A stretch of DNA of 32,000 bases from an uncultured Actinomycetes bacterium (GTDB lineage: Bacteria; Actinomycetota; Actinomycetes; S36-B12; CAIYMF01), in assembly GCA_963843975.1 (NCBI GenBank), contig CAWJMG010000003.1, positions 1,140,001-1,172,000 of the forward strand, written 5' to 3'. The notes beneath the pieces were generated by a model. The model did no database searches, was not told the DNA's origin, and saw nothing but the letters and a program-made list of their open reading frames with translations. This document shows, one piece after another, positions 1 to 8,873 of this stretch. The position numbers and the translations under genes were made by a program. Every line of letters begins with the position of its first letter. Position 1 is the stretch's first letter.

Positions 1-1
1 C

Positions 2-145
2 GTCGGCGAGGGCCAGCTCGTCGTCAACTGGGAGGCCTACCCCGAGGACGTCGCCGCCCTCGTGCACGCGCACCCCACCCAGAACGAGGCGTTCGGCGAG
101 GCCTTCCTGGCCCTTGCCGGCAAGCCTCTTCACGCACACTCCTGA
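2..145 (+). CDS. lpdA: dihydrolipoyl dehydrogenase (E3), C-terminal fragment; the gene begins upstream of the window
   Basis: Translation from nt 2 gives ...VGEGQLVVNWEAYPEDVAALVHAHPTQNEAFGEAFLALAGKPLHAHS, ending at TGA 143-145. The HAHPTxxEA motif is typical of the dimerisation domain of pyridine-nucleotide disulfide oxidoreductases. The fragment lies directly upstream of the E2 gene. Confidence 0.6.
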   Translation, partial: VGEGQLVVNWEAYPEDVAALVHAHPTQNEAFGEAFLALAGKPLHAHS

Positions 146-225
146 CACACCCCGGGCCGCGCGCCAGGATCTGACGCGCGGCTGCACCGCCCGAACGTCC
201 CCGTACCGAAGGAGTCACGCAGGCC

Positions 226-1966
226 ATGTCGGTCTCCGTCACGTTGCCCCAGCTCGGTGAGAGCGTCACCGAGGGCACGGTCACCCGCTGGCTCAAGCAG
301 GTCGGTGACACCGTCCAGGCCGACGAGCCGCTGGTGGAGGTGTCGACCGACAAGGTCGACACCGAGATCCCCGCGCCCGCCTCCGGCGTGCTGCTCGCGA
401 TCACCGCGGGCGAGGACGAGGTCGTCGCCGTCGGCGGAGAGCTCGGCGTCATCGGTGCTGCCGACGAGGCCGGCGCAGCAGCGCCTGCCGAGGCGCCCGC
501 TGCCCCCGCGCCCGTCGAGGAGCCCGTCGCGGCCCCGGTGGCCGAGCCCGTCGCAGCCCCCGTCGTCGAGGCCCCGGCTGCGCCCGCGGCCCCAGCGCCT
601 GCGGCCGCCCCTGCCGGCGCCGGCACCCCCGTGGTGCTGCCCGCCCTGGGCGAGAGCGTCACCGAGGGCACCGTCACCCGCTGGCTGAAGGCCGTGGGCG
701 ACTCCGTGGCCGTGGACGAGCCGCTGGTGGAGGTCTCGACCGACAAGGTCGACACCGAGATTCCGTCGCCGGTGGCCGGCACGCTGCTCGAGATCACCGT
801 CGGCGAGGACGCTGTCGTCCAGGTCGGCGGCACGCTCGGGGTCGTCGGCGCCGCAGGCGCCGCTCCGGCCGCTGCTCCCGCTCCGGCTGCTCCCGCCCCC
901 GTCGAAGCTTCCGGCGCCGACTCCCGCCCCGGCAGCTCCGGCCCCCGTCGCCGCTCCGGCCCCGGCTCCCGCCCCGGCCGCACCGGCGCCCGCCGCCCCG
1001 GCGGCTCCCGCTGCCCCGGTGGCTCCCGCTGCAGCTGCGTCCGACACCTACGTCACGCCGCTCGTCCGCAAGCTCGCGGCCGACAACGGCGTCGACCTCG
1101 CGTCGCTCACCGGCACGGGCGTCGGGGGACGCATCCGCAAGCAGGACGTGCTCGCTGCTGCCGAGGCCGCCAAGGCCACGGCGGCCGCGCCCGCTCCGGC
1201 CGCTGCGGCCGCGGCCGCAGCACCCGCCGTCGCGGCGTCCCCGCTCCGCGGTCGCACCGAGCCGATGACCCGCCTGCGCAAGGTGATCGCCGAGCGCATG
1301 GTCGAGTCGCTGCATGTCTCGGCGCAGCTCACCTCGGTCGTCGAGGTAGACGTCACGCGCATCGCTCAGCTGCGCGGCAAGGTCAAGAAGCAGTTCGAGG
1401 CCACCGAGGGCGTCAAGCTCTCGTTCCTGCCGTTCTTCGCCAAGGCCGCCGTCGAGGCGCTCAAGCAGTTCCCGCAGGTCAACGCGTCGATCGACCAGGC
1501 CGCCGGCACCGTCACGTACCACGACGGCGAGCACCTCGGCATCGCGGTCGACACCGACCGGGGGCTGCTCGTCCCGGTCATCCGCGACGCCGGCGACCTC
1601 AACATCGCGGGCATCTCGCGCAAGATCGCCGACCTCGCCGAGCGCACGCGCACCAACAAGGTGAGCCCGGACGAGCTCTCGGGCGGCACGTTCACGCTGA
1701 CCAACACCGGCAGCCGCGGCGCGCTGTTCGACACCCCGATCATCAACCAGCCGCAGGTCGCGATCCTCGGCACCGGCGCGGTCGTCAAGCGCCCGGTCGT
1801 CGTCACCGACGAGACCGGAAGCGACTCGATCGCCGTCCGCTCGATGGTCTACCTCGCCCTGACCTACGACCACCGGATCGTCGACGGCGCCGACGCCGCC
1901 CGATTCCTGGTCGCGATGAAGCAGCGCCTCGAGGACGCCAACTTCGAGGCCGAGCTCGGCCTGTAG
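226..1966 (+). pseudogene. sucB: 2-oxoacid dehydrogenase E2 component (dihydrolipoamide succinyl/acyltransferase, DlaT/SucB type), interrupted by an apparent +1 frameshift near 909-912
   Basis: Frame 1 (226 to ~909) encodes two lipoyl domains, each carrying [14 protein letters not shown], joined by Ala/Pro linkers. Frame 2 (~911-1966) continues the Ala/Pro linker. It then gives the E3-binding domain ([34 protein letters not shown]) and the acyltransferase catalytic domain ([17 protein letters not shown]). An RBS GAAGGAG lies at 209-215. After ~910, frame 1 becomes Arg/Gly-rich nonsense. Removing one base would give a 579-aa product. Confidence 0.85.
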
Positions 1967-1980
1967 GAACACGCACCGAC

Positions 1981-2008
1981 GACGGGCCGCCCTCCGGGGC
2001 GGCCCGTC
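1981..2008 (+). terminator. hairpin terminator candidate downstream of sucB
   Basis: GACGGGCCGCCC-tccg-GGGCGGCCCGTC forms a perfect 12-bp GC-rich stem with a 4-nt loop, 15 nt after the sucB stop. There is no clear U-tract, which is common in actinobacteria. Confidence 0.55.
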
Positions 2009-2070
2009 CGCATTCCGAGGCCGTCGGACGTCGCGCGCATGGAACCGGCCAGTGCGGGTATGCCTGCTTC

Positions 2071-2523
2071 ATGACCGACAACCTTCAGAACAGCGCCCGC
2101 GCGAGCATCGACGTCGACGCCGCACCCGACGAGGTCTGGGCCGCGATCACCTCGCCGGACCTCACCCGGCTCTGGATGGCCGGTGCCGAGGTGGCGAGCG
2201 ACTGGACGCCCGGCTCCACCATCACCTGGAGCGGCCTCTGGGACGGCCAGCCGTTCGAGGACTCCGGCACGGTGCTGGACGTCGACGAGCCCCACCGCCT
2301 GTCCACGACGCACCGCAGCGGCGGCAGCGCCGTGGCCGACACCCCGCAGGACGAGCACGTGGTCACGTACGAGCTCGAGCACCGCGGTGACGGCACCCGG
2401 GTCACGGTCACGCAGGAGGGCAAGAGCCCGCGCGGGGTGCCGGAGTACGAGAAGACCTGGCGGCTGATGCTCGAGCAGCTCAAGCAGGTCGTGGAGGACC
2501 GACAGGAGCGCGCTTCCGCGTGA
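2071..2523 (+). CDS. SRPBCC-superfamily protein (AHSA1/START-like domain)
   Basis: ATG at 2071; 150 aa. [38 protein letters not shown]...[15 protein letters not shown]...[20 protein letters not shown] is the typical pattern of Aha1-domain SRPBCC proteins. It forms the in-frame 3' part of the artefactual 765-aa track ORF. Confidence 0.7.
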   Translation: MTDNLQNSARASIDVDAAPDEVWAAITSPDLTRLWMAGAEVASDWTPGSTITWSGLWDGQPFEDSGTVLDVDEPHRLSTTHRSGGSAVADTPQDEHVVTYELEHRGDGTRVTVTQEGKSPRGVPEYEKTWRLMLEQLKQVVEDRQERASA

Positions 2524-2560
2524 CATGGCGGTCCGCCAGCCGGACGGACAGACTGAGGTC

Positions 2561-3466
2561 ATGAAGGTCGTCATCTCGGGCTCGTCCGGTCTCATCGGCT
2601 CCGCACTCGTGGCCTCGCTGGTGGCCGACGACCACGAGGTGGTCACGCTCGTCCGTCGTACGCCGACCGCCGCGGGCCAGGTGCAGTGGGATCCGTCCCT
2701 CGGCGCCTCGGGCGTGACGCCGGAGCTGCGTGACGCCATCGACGGCGCCCGTGCCGTCGTGAACCTCGCCGGAGCAGGCGTGGCCGAGCACCGCTGGAAC
2801 GATGCCTGGAAGCACCAGATCCTCGACTCGCGGGTAGGCGCCACCACGTGCCTGGCGACCGCGATCACCGACGTCGCGAGCAAGCCCGCGGTCTTCGTCT
2901 CCGGCAGCGCGAGCGGCTTCTACGGCGACACCGGCCCGGTGGCCGTCGACGAGCACGGCCCGCAGGGCAGCACGTTCCTCTCGCAGGTCTGCGCGTCGTG
3001 GGAGCTGTCGGCCGAGCCGGCGCGGGAGGTCGGCGTCCGCGTCGTGCATCCGCGCACCAGCACCGTGGCCGACCCCGACGGCGGCGCCTTCGGCCGCTGG
3101 CTCCCCATCTTCAAGCTCGGCGGCGGCGGCCCGCTCGGCAACGGCAAGCAGTGGTGGTCGCTCATCTCGCTCACCGACGAGGTTCGCGGCATCCGGCACG
3201 CGATCGACACCGACTCCCTCGTGGGCCCTGCCAACTTCGGCGCCCCGGAGCAGACCACCAACGGCGACCTCGCCAAGGCCCTCGGCCGCGCCCTCGGGCG
3301 CCCGTCGCTGCTGCCCGCCCCCGGCTTCGGCCTCAAGGCCGTGCTCGGCGAGTTCGCGGACGAGCTCACCATCAACCAGCGGATGGAGCCCGCGGCGCTG
3401 ACCGCCAGCGGCTTCGAGTTCCAGCACGCCACGATCGCCGCGATCATCGCGGACATGCTCGGCTGA
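2561..3466 (+). CDS. TIGR01777/YfcH-like epimerase-family protein (NAD-binding, DUF1731 C-terminus; Rv2216-like)
   Basis: MKVVISGSSGLIGSALVASL is a Rossmann GxxGxxG start, and the C-terminus ...LTASGFEFQHATIAAII is typical of the family. I prefer ATG 2561 (GAGG 6 nt upstream) over the track start at 2525. Confidence 0.75.
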   Translation: MKVVISGSSGLIGSALVASLVADDHEVVTLVRRTPTAAGQVQWDPSLGASGVTPELRDAIDGARAVVNLAGAGVAEHRWNDAWKHQILDSRVGATTCLATAITDVASKPAVFVSGSASGFYGDTGPVAVDEHGPQGSTFLSQVCASWELSAEPAREVGVRVVHPRTSTVADPDGGAFGRWLPIFKLGGGGPLGNGKQWWSLISLTDEVRGIRHAIDTDSLVGPANFGAPEQTTNGDLAKALGRALGRPSLLPAPGFGLKAVLGEFADELTINQRMEPAALTASGFEFQHATIAAIIADMLG

Positions 3467-4936
3467 TCAGCCGGCGCGGTCCTCGCGGCCGCGGACCTCG
3501 GCGATCCGCCAGCCCTCGCCCTCGAGGGCCGGCAGCGGCGTGAGCGTCACGGTCCACCAGGCCGCCGCACGCTCGGGCACATGCGTGGTGGCGCCGTCCT
3601 GCACCACGTCGTACGCCGCACGCCGGTCGCGGACGGCGAGGAGCACGCGGCCCGCCTCGGCGCGCAGCGGCCGGACCTCCTCGAGCACCAGCTCGCCTCC
3701 CTGGATCCGTGCGTCCGAGCCCGACATCCTCTGCAGCAGCGCGGCGTCCCGCCCCCAGGCGGCACCGGCGGGATCGACCCACCGGGCGAGGTCGTCGCGC
3801 GATCCGGAGGCCAGCGCCGTACGCCGCCCGGAGTCGAGTGCGGCGAGGACGCCCACCCAGTCGACCGCCTGCTGGAGGCCGGCGCCCGGGTCCAGTGCCG
3901 GCGGGTCTGCGATCGATGGCGTGGTGGCGGTCCGGGGGCCGCCATCGGTCGGCATCGGGTCGGCGCTCGCGGAGGACGTCTCCGCCACCGCCGCCTGCGA
4001 CGTCGCCGGAACCGCCTCGGCGGCTCGGGCACCGACCGCGGTGACGGCGCGGACCGCGCCCAGCCCCACCACCGCGACAAGGGCGACCGTCGCGATGGTG
4101 CGCAGGCTCATGGCCGGGCGCCGACGGGCCGGCGCCGCCTCGCGTCGGGCGCGGGCGCGGCCGCCGGGGGTGCCGGAAGCAGCGCGGGCGACCTCGGCGC
4201 CCGCCACCGCCGCGCTCGTGCTCCGCGGGGCGCCTGGACGTGGCGGTGCACCGGTCGCGGACCGTGGAGCACTGACAGCGTCGGGTTCCGCCTGCGGCAG
4301 CGCGGCGCCGGGCTGGTGCCAGAGGGCGTCGAGCAGGCTCTCGGGCCGGCCGCAGGCGCGCAGGAGTCCGGCAAGGCCCCCTGCCTCCGGACGCAGCAGC
4401 GGGTCGGAGTCCGAGGCCCGGAGCGCCGCGAGCACGAGCGCGCCCGGCGCTCCCCCGCGCCCGATGAGCAGACGCACCAGGTCGCCGACCGCGGCGACGT
4501 CGGCCTCGGGCGTCGGGCCGCCGAGCATCCCGGGCGCCGCCCGCCAGCCGAGGCCGGTGCCGGCGAGGTGCACCGAGCCGTCCGGGGCCACGAGGACGCT
4601 CATCGGGTCGACCGAGCCGTGCGCGAGACCGGCGTCGTGCAGGGCCACGAGCGCGTCGGTGACGGCGAGGGCGACGGCGAGCACGTGCCCGGCCCGCAGC
4701 GGCCCCGCGCGGCGCAGGGTGTCGAGGGGGACGGCGCCCGTGGGCACCTCGTGGACGAGGACGGCTCCGGCGTCGGACGCCGACCAGCGCACGAGCGGCG
4801 CGAGCGTCGGTGCCTCGACGGCTCTCAGGCGGTCGAGCGGGCGCACCAGCGCGGGCACGGCGTCCGGGTCGGCCGCGCACGGTCCGGTGCGCTCGACCGT
4901 GGGCAGGGGCTCGTGGGGGTCGTGGCTGCGGCTCAT
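3467..4936 (-). CDS. single-pass membrane protein with a degenerate Ser/Thr-kinase-like N-terminal domain and a C-terminal extracytoplasmic domain (function unknown)
   Basis: I prefer the ATG at 4936, which is M62 of the 550-aa track ORF. The segment ALHDAGLAHGSVDPMSVLVAPDGSVHLAGTGLG resembles kinase subdomains VIb-VII, but HRD is replaced by HGS and DFG by LAG. No Gly-rich loop or VAIK lysine is visible. An Arg/Ala-rich linker, a TM helix (LRTIATVALVAVVGLGAV) and a ~130-aa C-terminal domain follow. Confidence 0.45.
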   Translation of the reverse strand: MSRSHDPHEPLPTVERTGPCAADPDAVPALVRPLDRLRAVEAPTLAPLVRWSASDAGAVLVHEVPTGAVPLDTLRRAGPLRAGHVLAVALAVTDALVALHDAGLAHGSVDPMSVLVAPDGSVHLAGTGLGWRAAPGMLGGPTPEADVAAVGDLVRLLIGRGGAPGALVLAALRASDSDPLLRPEAGGLAGLLRACGRPESLLDALWHQPGAALPQAEPDAVSAPRSATGAPPRPGAPRSTSAAVAGAEVARAASGTPGGRARARREAAPARRRPAMSLRTIATVALVAVVGLGAVRAVTAVGARAAEAVPATSQAAVAETSSASADPMPTDGGPRTATTPSIADPPALDPGAGLQQAVDWVGVLAALDSGRRTALASGSRDDLARWVDPAGAAWGRDAALLQRMSGSDARIQGGELVLEEVRPLRAEAGRVLLAVRDRRAAYDVVQDGATTHVPERAAAWWTVTLTPLPALEGEGWRIAEVRGREDRAG

Positions 4937-5029
4937 GCCCGAACCGTGCCCGCTGCGCGCCGGGCCCCGCTGCCGCCGTCCACAGGATGCGGAGGTGCGT
5001 GCGCCGACGCGACCCGGGACGATCGAGGG

Positions 5030-6274
5030 GTGACTGCGCAGCGCGAGGCCGAGGTGGACGTCGTGGTCGTCGGGGCCGGCCTCGCCGGGCTCGCGGCCGC
5101 GCGGCATCTCGCGGCGCACGGCCGGTCGGCGGTGGTGCTCGAGGCGTCGGACGGCGTCGGCGGCCGGATGCGCAGCGACGTCGTGGACGGCGTGACGGTC
5201 GACCGCGGCTTCCAGCTGCTGAACCCGGCGTACCCGGAGGCGGCCCGCGTGCTCGACCTCGATGCGCTGGCGATGCGGCCGTTCACGGCCGGGGTGATGC
5301 TCGCGGGCGCCGACGGTCGCCGGCCCGTCGTGGCCGACCCGCGGCGTACGCCGTCAGCTCTGCGCTCGACCGTTCTGTCGACGCCGGGGTCGCGGATCCA
5401 GCAGCTGCGCTTCGCGGCGTACGCCGCCGGAGTCGGCTATCTGCCCGTCGACCGCATCATCGACCGCGTCGACACGACCATAGGCGTGCGGCTGAAGCCG
5501 TTCGGCGAGATCACCGACCGCGTGCTCGCGCCGTTCCTGGCCGGCGTGCTGTTCGACAGCTCGATGACGACCTCGCGCCGCTTCGTCGAGCTGGTGCTGA
5601 GGTCGTTCGTCCGCGGAACGCCGGCGGTCCCGGCTCGCGGCATGGGCGCGATCCCCGCGCAGCTCGCCGCCGGTCTCGACGTGCGTGTCTCGACGCCGGT
5701 CCGCGCTGTGTCGCCGACATCGGCGACGCTCGAGGACGGCACGGTCATCGCTGCGCGCGCGGTCGTGGTGGCGACCGACGCCGGTGCTGCGGCCTCGCTG
5801 CTGCCTGGGCTCGAGGTGCCGCCGATGAACCCCGGCACTACCTGGTGGCACCTTGCCGACGTTCCGGATTCCGCTCTCACCCAAGGGATCCCGGTGCTCG
5901 TGGTCGACCCCGACCGCCGCGGCCCGGTCGTCAACACGGTCGCCGTGTCGTCGGCGGCACCGGCGTACTCGCGGGACGGAGACGCGCTCGTGGCGAGCAC
6001 CGCGCTCGGGCTCGACGTCGACGAGTCCGACGTACGCCGCCACCTCGCACTGCTCCACGACTGCGACGTCAGCCGCTGGGACACCGTGGCCGTGCATCGC
6101 ATCGCGGGCTGCGTGCCCTCCATGCCGCCGGGTGCCCCGCTGACGCGCGAGCCGACGTACGACGGCGTGTACGTCACGGGCGACCACCGTGACACCGCCT
6201 CGATCCAGGGCGCCCTGGTCAGCGGACGCCGCATCGCCACCGCCCTGCTGCGCGAGCACCCGCACGGATCGTGA
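5030..6274 (+). CDS. NAD(P)/FAD-dependent oxidoreductase (amine-oxidase/phytoene-desaturase-like fold)
   Basis: VDVVVVGAGLAGLAAARHLAAHGRSAVVLEASDGVGGRM is a classic GxGxxG-(x17)-E-xxxxxGGR dinucleotide-binding start. The C-terminal part includes YVTGDHRDTASIQGALVSGRRIA. The start is taken as GTG 5030 and is uncertain. The gene is divergent from the kinase-like gene. Confidence 0.7.
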   Translation: MTAQREAEVDVVVVGAGLAGLAAARHLAAHGRSAVVLEASDGVGGRMRSDVVDGVTVDRGFQLLNPAYPEAARVLDLDALAMRPFTAGVMLAGADGRRPVVADPRRTPSALRSTVLSTPGSRIQQLRFAAYAAGVGYLPVDRIIDRVDTTIGVRLKPFGEITDRVLAPFLAGVLFDSSMTTSRRFVELVLRSFVRGTPAVPARGMGAIPAQLAAGLDVRVSTPVRAVSPTSATLEDGTVIAARAVVVATDAGAAASLLPGLEVPPMNPGTTWWHLADVPDSALTQGIPVLVVDPDRRGPVVNTVAVSSAAPAYSRDGDALVASTALGLDVDESDVRRHLALLHDCDVSRWDTVAVHRIAGCVPSMPPGAPLTREPTYDGVYVTGDHRDTASIQGALVSGRRIATALLREHPHGS

Positions 6275-6310
6275 GAGCGCGTCGCGCGCGGCTCGCGTAG
6301 GTTCGGCGGC

Positions 6311-7051
6311 ATGACGACGCGACGGATCCTGGCCACCAGCGGCGGCTTCATGCTGGCCGAGAGCGGGCGCGAGAACGCCCGGCGCCCCGGCGGCACGTTC
6401 CTCGAGGCGCTGCGCCTCACGGGCAAGGACCGGCCGCGCGTGCTGTTCGTGCACACGGCGTCCGGCGACGACAAGAACTACCTCGCGCTCTCGTACCAGG
6501 CCACGCGCGACCTCTCGGTGGACGCCGACCACCTCGTGCTGTTCCCGTACCCGAACCAGACGCCCGAGGAGGCCTTCGGCCGCGCCGACGTCGTCTGGGT
6601 CGGCGGCGGCTCGGTCGCCAACCTGCTCGCTCTGTGGCGGGTGCACGGGGTCGACGAGGCCGCGCGCGACGCCTGGGAGCGCGGCGTCGTCCTCGGCGGC
6701 GTCAGCGCCGGCTCGATCTGCTGGCACGTCGGCGGCACCACCGACTCGTTCGGCCCCGACCTGCGCATCGTCACCGGCGGGCTCGGCCTGATCCCGTACG
6801 GCAACGGCGTCCACTACGACAGCGAGGAGCAGCGCCGTCCGATGCTGCAGTCGCTCGTGCGCAGCGGCGAGCTGCCGCTGTCGTACTGCACCGACGACCG
6901 CGTCGGGATCCTGTACGAGGGCACCGAGCCGGTCCGCGTGATCACCGACTACGACGTCGACCCCGAGACCGGGCCGGCGGCGTACCGCGTCGAGCGCACC
7001 GCCGACGGTGGCGTGGTCGAGGCGCGTCTGGCCCCCGGCCCGATCGCCTGA
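6311..7051 (+). CDS. peptidase E / S51-family (type-1 glutamine-amidotransferase-like) protein
   Basis: 246 aa. RILATSGGF...PRVLFVHTASGD...VVWVGGGSVANLL...VVLGGVSAGSICW contains the S51 nucleophile-Ser context GxSAGS. Confidence 0.7.
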   Translation: MTTRRILATSGGFMLAESGRENARRPGGTFLEALRLTGKDRPRVLFVHTASGDDKNYLALSYQATRDLSVDADHLVLFPYPNQTPEEAFGRADVVWVGGGSVANLLALWRVHGVDEAARDAWERGVVLGGVSAGSICWHVGGTTDSFGPDLRIVTGGLGLIPYGNGVHYDSEEQRRPMLQSLVRSGELPLSYCTDDRVGILYEGTEPVRVITDYDVDPETGPAAYRVERTADGGVVEARLAPGPIA

Positions 7052-7138
7052 GCGCCGCATGCGCTGCAACCGTCCTTGACCGACGCAGTGCGACTTGCCG
7101 CCCGCGTGCGACTGCCGCACCTGTGGTGAGGTGGACTC

Positions 7139-8078
7139 ATGAGGACCACCACGATCCCCCTGCTGACCGACAAGCCCTTGCCCGTGATCGGCACCGGTGC
7201 GATGCCGCTGTCCAACGCCCGCGCCGACGGCGAGCTGATGCCGCGCGACGAGGCGATCGCGGTGCTGCACCACGCGTTCGACGCCGGTCTGCGCCTCGTC
7301 GACACCGCCGACATCTACGCGCCGAGCGCGTCCGAGGTCGGGCACAACGAGAGCATCGTCGGCGAGGCCGTGCGCACCTGGGCCGGAGGACGCGACCTCA
7401 TCGTCGTGATCACCAAGATCGGCATCACGCGCACCCCGGGCCCGCCCGAGAGCGAGTGGGGCCGCGACGGCTCGCGCGACTACCTGCTGCGCGCCGCCGA
7501 GGCCAGCGTGACGGCCCTCGGCTTCGAGCCGGACGCGATCCTCAACCATCGCGTCAACCGCGAGCAGCAGCCGTACGCCGACACCGTGCGCGGCATGCTC
7601 GCCGTGCGCGAGGCCGGGTTCGCGCCCGCCATCGGCATCGGCAACATCAACCTCGACGAGGCGCGGATCGCGTGGGAGGTCAGCGAGGGCACGATCGCGG
7701 CCGTCGAGAACGAGCGCAGCCCCCGCTACCGCGGCGACACCGACGTGTTCGAGTGGGCGATCGCGAACGACGTCGCTTACTTCCCGTGGTCGCCGTTCGG
7801 CGGCGGCGACGACGCCCGCAACCTGCCGCTGGCGTACCCGGAGTTCGCCGCCGTCGCGGCCGAGCTGCACGGAGTCCACCGGCGCCGAGGTGACCGCGCA
7901 CGAGGTGGCGCTCGCCTGGCTCGTCTCGCAGGGCCCCACGGTCGTGCCGATCCCGGGCTTCTCCCGCTACCCCACGGCCGACTCCGCCGCGCGCGCGGCG
8001 TACCTCGACCTCAGCGCCGACCAGAAGGCCCGCCTCGACGCCACCGAGGGCAGCAACGAGTCCGTCTACCCCGACTGA
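7139..8078 (+). pseudogene. aldo/keto reductase, interrupted by an apparent +1 frameshift near 7876
   Basis: Frame 2 (7139 to ~7876) gives ...VIGTGAMPLS...LRLVDTADIYA...HNESIVGEAV...FPWSPFGGG...EFAAVAAELHGV. Frame 3 (from ~7878) gives [54 protein letters not shown], the canonical AKR C-terminus, ending at 8078. An RBS GAGGTGG precedes ATG 7139. Repair would give a 312-aa product. Confidence 0.8.
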
Positions 8079-8118
8079 CGCCTGCGCAGCCGCCCCCGCT
8101 TACGCCGGGAGCGAGCGG

Positions 8119-8872
8119 GTGGGGCGGGTCGGTCTCAGCGGGCTTAGGCTTGCCGACGTGACTGTGCAGGTGGGTGCGTCGGCTCGGGTGCCCGGCGCCG
8201 TGGGCGGCATCCCGCTCCGCGTGGTCGGTCTCGGCCCCGAGCTCGTGCCGTACGCCGAGGCCTGGGACCTCCAGCGGGCCACGCACGATCGCGTCGTCTC
8301 CACCGGCTCGGCCGGCGAGATCCTGCTGCTCGAGCACCCGCCCACGTACACCGCCGGCAAGCGCACCCGACCCGCCGACCGGCCGTCCGACGGCACACCC
8401 GTGGTCGACGTCGACCGCGGCGGCCAGATCACCTGGCACGGCCCCGGCCAGCTCGTCGGCTACCCCATCGTGCGGCTCGCCGAGCCGATCGACGTCGTGG
8501 AGCACGTCCGCGTGCTCGAGGACGTGCTCATGACGGTCTGCGCCGGATTCGGCCTCGAGACGTTTCGCGTCGAGGGACGCACCGGCGTCTGGGTCGCGGC
8601 CGACTCCCCGCTGCAGGGCACGCGCCCCGAGCGCAAGGTCGCCGCGATCGGCGTCCGCGTCAGCCGCGGCGTCACGATGCACGGCTTCGCGCTCAACTGC
8701 GACTGCGACCTCAGCTGGTTCGACCGGATCGTGCCCTGCGGCATCGAGGACGCCGGCGTCACCAGCCTCACCGCCGAGGCTCGGCCGCACGATCACCGTG
8801 CAGGACGCCCTCACACCCGTGATCGCCGCGCTCGATGCGCAGTACGGCGTACTCCTCGAGCAGGAAGGCTGA
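8119..8872 (+). pseudogene. lipB: lipoyl(octanoyl) transferase LipB, with an apparent +1 frameshift near 8779
   Basis: ...[15 protein letters not shown]...[18 protein letters not shown]...[37 protein letters not shown] is unmistakable LipB. After ...GVTSLTAE the annotated frame becomes Arg-rich nonsense to 8877. The +1 frame reads [30 protein letters not shown] and stops at 8870-8872. The start is uncertain: ATG 8119 or GTG 8158. Confidence 0.85.
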
Positions 8873-8873
8873 C

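Noticed and set aside
905-910. AAGCTT (HindIII site) exactly at the sucB frameshift; considered as a possible cloning scar
   Set aside because: Flanking sequence is continuous Ala/Pro-linker coding DNA on both sides with no vector-like segment. A single extra base in GCTTCC suffices as an explanation.
470-1020. Repetitive GC-rich GCN/CCN tracts (470-640, 840-1020, 1170-1230)
   Set aside because: These are Ala/Pro-rich inter-domain linkers of the E2 protein. The similarity between 226-450 and 640-860 is the expected internal duplication of lipoyl domains, not a mobile or tandem-repeat element.
226-2523. 765-aa ORF in the supplied track
   Set aside because: It is a chimera. Only the first ~228 codons (sucB lipoyl domains) and the last 150 codons (SRPBCC protein, own ATG at 2071) look like protein. 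The middle is Arg/Gly/Pro-rich out-of-frame read-through, while the real sucB continuation lies in frame 2.
3461-3472. Perfect palindrome GGCTGATCAGCC
   Set aside because: It is explained by two convergent stop codons placed back to back (TGA of the epimerase gene, TCA = TGA of the kinase-like gene). There is no need to invoke a regulatory site.
3444-5033. Alternative-frame ORFs over the kinase-like locus (3444-4880 minus, 3540-5033 plus, 3581-6274 plus upstream part)
   Set aside because: Their translations are extreme Arg/Pro/Gly low complexity. Only the 3467-4936 minus frame shows structured sequence (kinase-like stretch, TM helix, folded-looking C-terminus). Only the 5030-6274 part of the plus ORF matches a flavoprotein.
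5354-7939. 861-aa minus-strand ORF
   Set aside because: It is antisense to four recognisable plus-strand genes (oxidoreductase, peptidase E, AKR). Its composition is the Arg/Ala/Gly/Asp-rich pattern typical of stop-free shadow frames in high-GC DNA, with no recognisable motifs.
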